Source of the DNA: Octopus vulgaris
Lineage: Eukaryota
Length of the DNA: 64,000 nucleotides
Assembly (NCBI GenBank): GCA_951406725.2
Contig: OX597833.1
Span: 65,968,001 to 66,032,000, forward strand
Direction of reading: 5' to 3'
Shown here: piece by piece, positions 57,754-64,000 of the stretch
How positions within the stretch are numbered: position 1 is the stretch's first letter
Layout of the letters: each line of letters starts with the position of its first letter
Position numbers and translations under genes: made by a program
Notes under the pieces: generated by a model
What the model was told of the DNA's origin: nothing
Seen by the model: only the letters and a program-made list of their open reading frames with translations
Databases searched by the model: none

Positions 57754-58513
57754 GCAGCAACAACAACAACAATTACAGCAACACCAACTATAGAAACAAC
57801 CACTGCAATAACAGCAGTAACAACAACAGCAGCAGCAACAACAATAAGAAGAACAAAAACAGTATTGGAATGGAATTTCTGTTGTTTTGTAAAAACTGAT
57901 GTTTAAGTTTACATTTAGCCCCCGGTCAGCTGTGGTCCAGGAAACATAAGATCAACAAAAATAAGCTATTCGTGACCGGCTCTTCTTATTTCCAAAAGCA
58001 TAATCAACCCACGACCACCACACCAACCAAACCATTCCGTACTATTCATAATTGGTTTTTCCAGCGATCTTCGCTCCTATCGGCCAGTGGTAGTTAATAT
58101 GGCCATTAACCAAAAGTAGCCGCAAGCTGTACTTCATTTCTAAGACAGAAAAGCCGGTATTTGGAATGCAAACGTCTGTTGTTTCTTGCGTATCAAGATT
58201 CCATGTAAAGACACCCAAGCTGGTATATTAGCGTTTTCTTTTGGGTTATGCAATTATTTTTTAAATTTGATATCGCAATTGATGAGCGATGACGTCAGTG
58301 GTCATAAGACAGCAACAGATCAATCCTCTGTGTCGCTACCTTTCTGGCATGACCCTTTTTTTAGGGCCTCGCAGATATTTTTAATCGCTTATTCCTGAAA
58401 GAAATGGGAATATTCGTGACCCTTTATTTAACAGACCTAGGATTTAGACGTTCCAAGCCATGACCAGCCGAATCACTTTTCCATAATGTTATATTACTTT
58501 AGACTAACAAAGC

Positions 58514-59018
58514 AGAATGGAGGACGCTCACATTTGCAAGACCGAAAAATATGACATTTTAGCCATCAGACTGAGAGAATCTGGCTTCCAAATGAAAATT
58601 CGCCATTGACATGGGTACGAGAGAGTTTGTGGGAAAAATTTCAAGTTATCTCATAAAGCCGCTCTCAATTTCTGGGAGAATGTGAACCAGAGCTCTTTTA
58701 GACAATGTCAGACGCATCTGAGAGGACTTCCAACTGGATCTCGTCAAAGAGGAATGGGAATGAATTTCAGAAGGCATTATCTTACCGTCTGCTGCTACCT
58801 TAGACTGAACTGGTTACAACACCCAAAGCACATTGGATATAGGGCACCTAAACCAAACAGGAGGGTTAAAATACAAGCAATAGCGCAGATTATGACAGCA
58901 GAGGAGTATCCAGGAGTCATGGCCTGGATGTAGCCCGATCCCCGTTGAATGGAAAGAGTTAAGTGGCGAAGCAATTACATGAGGGGCTTCTTCTCTGAAG
59001 ACCTTGTGCCGTTAGCAC
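58514..59018 (+). mobile_element. HERO/NeSL-type RLE non-LTR retrotransposon 3' fragment (degraded)
   Basis: Reads RMEDAHICKTEKYDILAIRLRESGFQMK / FAIDMGTREFVGKISSYL...MSDASERTSNWISSKR, matching 'EEA.ERK..KY..L....G.....EVG.RGF.G.S...AE..S.W.W.KR'. The 3' boundary is approximate. Confidence 0.7.
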
Positions 59019-59027
59019 TCTCTAGAG

Positions 59028-59214
59028 CAGTGGTGCTCAACCATTTTAGTATCGGGGCAAGATCCAAACCTAGAATATTTTAGAGGACTGCAACAATAAA
59101 AGTAAAATACAAATCAATTAAAAGAAACTTAATTGAGGGAAAACCATCGGGGAGCCACCAGAAGGATGCTTGACGGCTGCATCCAGCTCCGGGAGCCACG
59201 ATTGAGAATCGCTA
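59028..59214. mobile_element. hAT (Charlie-like) MITE
   Basis: TIRs cagtggtgctcaacc / gattgagaatcgcta. 8-bp TSD-like flanks ctctagag and atctagac fit the Charlie NTCTAGAN target. Confidence 0.75.
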
Positions 59215-59748
59215 ATCTAGACTTCATTACTATTGCTAACATAGCAACAGCGGGTAACCAGCCTTGGAGTCATCTTGTTTTCTTTCTTATTTGCTTAAAA
59301 AGTATTATGAACCAAGAACTCTATCATCCAATATGTTCCTCCGTGGCTAAGATGGCGGTAGAGCGTAATGTGATGTGATTTAGGGCACGCATTACGCTTC
59401 ACAGACAGACTCCTTCGTTAGCACGTTCAACAATTGAAGAAATATGTTTACTCCATTCAATGTGCATTTCAGCATTCTTTTCCAGCTCATTGACATTAAA
59501 ATATTTGTTTTGTAGAAAGAATTTTAAATAAAGAAGTAAAAATTGATTTATTTCGTTTGATAAGAAAATTGAATCAAAAATCTCGTATTAACTTGTCGAT
59601 TGCCACGATGTTTTAATCGATTAATTTAGAAATATAATTAAGTTTCGGCGTTAAAAATCGAAATTCTTTCGGTTGAAAATGTATTAAGTCAGAAATCATT
59701 GTCTTATATTAAATATAAATACAAACACCTGCATACAAACATACATAA

Positions 59749-59798
<50 letters not shown>

Positions 59799-59802
59799 AC
59801 GC

Positions 59803-59859
<57 letters not shown>

Positions 59860-60178
59860 TTTCATTTAAAATTTACAATCTTTGAATGATAAAATGCATA
59901 TAAATATTTATTTCCTGTTGAAACAAGCAATTTTATTTGATACACAAACATAAAGACATACAGACACACTTATAAATATAAAAATACTCACATACAAACA
60001 CACATATGGGTACAATCTATATATATATATACATACATGTGTGTGTACGCGCGCGCGTACATTATTCACATTTACAAATATGAGACAAATATATATTCAT
60101 ATAGAACATTAATAGATGTATATATAAGCATATATAATAAATACGCATATACATATTCATAAATATATATATATATAC

Positions 60179-60217
<39 letters not shown>

Positions 60218-60389
60218 CGTACTAATATTTATACACTTATAAATGTGCGTGTGTGTATCTGGCTTTCGAATAAATATGCAATCAAACGTATACATACAAG
60301 CATTAATATAAATGGGTGCGCACGCACACACACACACACCCACACACACACACACATACACACATTATATATATATGTGTGTGTGTGTG

Positions 60390-60445
<56 letters not shown>

Positions 60446-60513
60446 TCTATAGATATATAGGTAGATAGATAAATCGATAGATAGATATGCATGTGTATGT
60501 AGCACATATATAC

Positions 60514-60590
<77 letters not shown>

Positions 60591-60783
60591 ATATATATAT
60601 ATATATACACACTTATATGTATATACATACACACATACATATATACATTGACAGATATATTTGCACACACATATATATGTTCATACAATTATACCTACAC
60701 ACACATATATACATATATGCATATATATATATGTATATATATATATATGTGTGTGTGTGTGTATATATATGTATATATATATG

Positions 60784-60828
<45 letters not shown>

Positions 60829-60914
60829 TCATGTATGTATTCTTGTGTATGTACAGCTGTATAGATCTAGACAGATACACAGCATTTGTTATCTGTTGCT
60901 GGTCTCTCTCTCTT

Positions 60915-60957
<43 letters not shown>

Positions 60958-62205
60958 CCGTATACTCTGTACATACGCATACACTCACTATGCACGTATT
61001 TACAGAAATCCTTTAATAAATTATAACTTTTGAGAAAACTTCTAATCTGTGTATAACAACGTCGACAACCCCGCTTTTTATTAATTTCAATATTCACATT
61101 AGTAACACATGATTACTGCAGCGGCGGTGCTGTTGATGATGACGATGATGATGATGATGATGATGACTACGATGACGGCGGCGTCGGTGGTGGTGGTGGT
61201 GGTGGTGGTGGTGGTGGTTGTGGTGGTGGTGGTGTTGCTGTTAGTGTTGGTTGTAGTAGTATAGGTGTTTCTGATGGTATGGATGGTGGAAGTCGTGTGG
61301 TAGTGGTAGTGGTGGTGGTGGTCGTCGTCGTCGTGAGTGTTGTGATGGTGTTGGTGGTCGTAGTGGTGGTGGTGCTGATTGTGATGGTGGCGGTGGTGGT
61401 GGTGGTGTTCGTTATGACGATGGACTACACTTAAAGATATCGGAAATGAAAAGCGATTCACATGTAAACCGATACAAACAATTCCTATATTTTGTTTTGA
61501 TTTAACAACCAGCCCACCGAATCCCTTAACACACCTAAACATTAGCCGCCACCACCACGACCACGACCACCACTACCACATCACCACGGCCACCATCACC
61601 ATACCAACGCTTCTTCAATCGGCACAATTCTTATTTATTTTCTTTTATCCACTTATAATTTCATTATCAAAGAAGCAGGCTGGTCTGGTTATACATTCGT
61701 ATAACCTAGAATGTGACCACCTCATCGGGAAGCATTTCCATCCTCGTATTTGTATTTAGTCTAGTGGGATCATCCTAAGTTTGTTTCTTTCTTCCCTTGT
61801 TCTGTCAATAAGTTCGCCCCTCTTTCCTCGGGCTCCATTTCTTCCACATCGCTTCCGGACCATGAAATGAAACGGTTTCATGTAGCATCTTTGCAGCTCT
61901 GGTTTTGCTGAGGAGGCACTTGATGACCTCGGCGGCGGCACTTGATGCCAGTGGCACCGGGGATGAAGCGATTTCGATTCCTATGGTTATCCTGGAAGCT
62001 GTAATCGCTGGTACTCGCGAAAGAGCTGTAGCAGCAGAAGCAATGAAGAGCTTCGTTTCAGGGTCCTCTTGCAGCTAACTACCTCCCTCGGTCTTGTTTT
62101 CTTTTCCGATTTTTCCTCTCCAGAGCAGAATACCTCAGAGTGATTTAGAGTGACCTAGAGTGACCTTGAGGCCATTTAAGGTCATTACATCTGTTGTAAC
62201 TAATT

Positions 62206-62453
62206 GCACTCCGTCGGTTACGACGATGACGAGATTTCTAGTTGATCCGATCAACATACCAGCCCGCTTGTAAAATTAACGTGCAAGTGGCTGAGTACTC
62301 CGCAGACACGCTTACCCTTAACGTAGTTCTCAGAAAGATTCCACATGACACAGAATGTGATGAGGCCGGCTCTTTGAGTTACAGGTACGAATCATTTTTC
62401 CCAGATGTTTGGACTGGACCAACATGAAATAAAGAGTCTTGTTCAAGGACACA
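62206..62453 (-). mobile_element. SINE family B tail with D-type CORE, 5'-truncated
   Basis: gcactccgtcggttacgacga...cccttaacgtagttctc...tgaaataaagagtcttgttcaaggacaca. Confidence 0.85.
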
Positions 62454-62619
62454 TAGTGGATTGTTTAGTTTGGGTTGTATTATTGAACTGTCAGTTTCGC
62501 ATAGGATGTGGAGCTGATCCTAGCAAGGCTATTTTTTATTGTATATTTTATTGTATTTTGTATTATTGAGGATCCACGTTATTATTATTATTATTGTTGT
62601 TGTTATTATTATTATTATT

Positions 62620-62911
62620 GCCTTTGCACAGCTTCTGACGCTGGAGATGTACTACGGTGTCAGCTGTTCACTACCAGTGAATTATGGTAACACCTCTTAT
62701 TTTTCGAGCACCTTCAGGAATATTCGAGCAGTTCCAAGCAGTGCTGTTTTCTGCAAGTGGTCCACCCTTATTGCAGCCCCTATTTGTTCCACTTACTTCT
62801 CGAGATTTTGCTCACTGTTCCCAAAGCTCCGACAATTATTGGTACTACCACTACCTTTTTCATCGACTACCACTGCTTAACTTTCCAAGCTAACCTCTCA
62901 TATCTCTCGAC
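62620..62911 (-). mobile_element. Dong/R4-type non-LTR 3' fragment inserted in (TAA)n
   Basis: Minus strand reads VERYERLAWKVKQW*SMKKVVVVPIIVGALGTVSK / ...IRVDHLQKTALLGTARIFLKVLEK*, the R4/Dong RLE C-terminus. (TTA)n lies on both sides. Confidence 0.85.
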
Positions 62912-63022
62912 ATTATTATCATTATAATTATTATTATTATCATTATTATTATTATCATTATAATTATTATTATTATCATTATAATTATTATTATTATAAT
63001 TATTATTATTATCATTATTATA

Positions 63023-63079
<57 letters not shown>

Positions 63080-63141
63080 GTTGTTGTTGTTGTTATTGTT
63101 GTTGTTGTTGTTGTTGCTGCTGCTGCTGCTGTTATTGCTAA

Positions 63142-63184
<43 letters not shown>

Positions 63185-63195
63185 GCTGTTGTTGT

Positions 63196-63397
63196 CAAGA
63201 CAGCGAGTTGGTAGTATCCTCAGTGCGCCAGACAAAATGCCTTACAACACTTCGTCCGGTTTTGAAGCCATGAGTTCAATTTCTGCCGAGGTCGAGTTTG
63301 CCTTCCATGTTAATCAGGGGCCATAAAACAATTACCAGTGAAGTTCTGGGGGGGGGTCGAAAAATCACTGCTCCCGTCCCCAAAAAATCTGAAGCCA
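63196..63397 (+). mobile_element. Old SINE family C copy
   Basis: cagcgagttggtag...tgagttcaatttctgccgaggtcgagtttgccttccat...accagt...ggggtcga. Confidence 0.7.
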
Positions 63398-63447
63398 TTG
63401 CTATCATTATTATTATTACAACTACCGTTCTTCAATAAAATTATTGA

Positions 63448-63502
63448 ATCACGATGGACATGATGGTGATGATGATGAAGATGATGGTGATGAAGATGAT
63501 GG

Positions 63503-63552
<50 letters not shown>

Positions 63553-63652
63553 GTGATGGTGATGGTGATGGTGATGATGATGATGATGATGATGATGTTC
63601 ATGATGATGATGATGATGGTCATGATGACGACGATGACGATGAGAACGATGA
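63448..63652. repeat. (GAT)n/(GATGGT)n microsatellite
   Basis: Direct reading. Confidence 0.95.
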
Positions 63653-64000
63653 CTTTAAAATACGATAAAAGAAATCGAAACTAAAAGCCATTCAGATGTA
63701 AATCAATATGAACAATTCCTATATTTCGTTGTGTGTTACTCACATATCGATTCTTTTTATTTGTTCACTTATTTGTTTGTTTGTTTATGTATTTATTTAT
63801 TTATTCATTTATTGTTCATCCGCCATGTTTGATATTTCTATATTGCAAATGTTTCTCTAGCGAGGCTATCAAACAGATTTCTTTTTATTAAATAGACAAT
63901 ATATAGTTTATAAACAATAGCTGGATGTTATAGGTGTGTGGGGGCGGGGGGGGCGGGGCGGTATGTGAGAGTGTGAGAGAGAGAGCGAGAGCATGTATAT

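Noticed and set aside
63938-63962. GC boxes / G-quadruplex-like run at the window edge
   Set aside because: Short G-rich low-complexity run between simple repeats with no downstream context to support a promoter.

Overview
Eukaryotic, AT-rich, microsatellite-saturated non-coding DNA. The SINE families and repeat make-up point to an octopus (coleoid cephalopod) genome; this is recognition from memory, not a database result. I find no credible host exon, tRNA, rRNA or CRISPR array, and almost all ORFs in the track are translations of (TA)n, (CA)n, (TACA)n, (GATA)n, (TAA)n or (GAA)n. The window holds: (i) about 20 copies or fragments of tRNA-derived SINEs with interchangeable heads and tails, including a trimeric copy inserted as one unit; (ii) decayed LINE 3' ends (two RTE types, Dong/R4-like, HERO-like, and an RLE-type family sitting in (TACA)n); (iii) Penelope-like fragments in (TA)n that carry hammerhead-ribozyme-like motifs, including a CUGUNGA core variant found in three copies; (iv) a Gypsy integrase fragment, hAT- and piggyBac-type MITEs and a Helitron-like 3' end. 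The most interesting patterns are that each microsatellite class seems to host its own retroelement, that three inserts are flanked by very long (74-140 bp) direct repeats, and the variant hammerheads.
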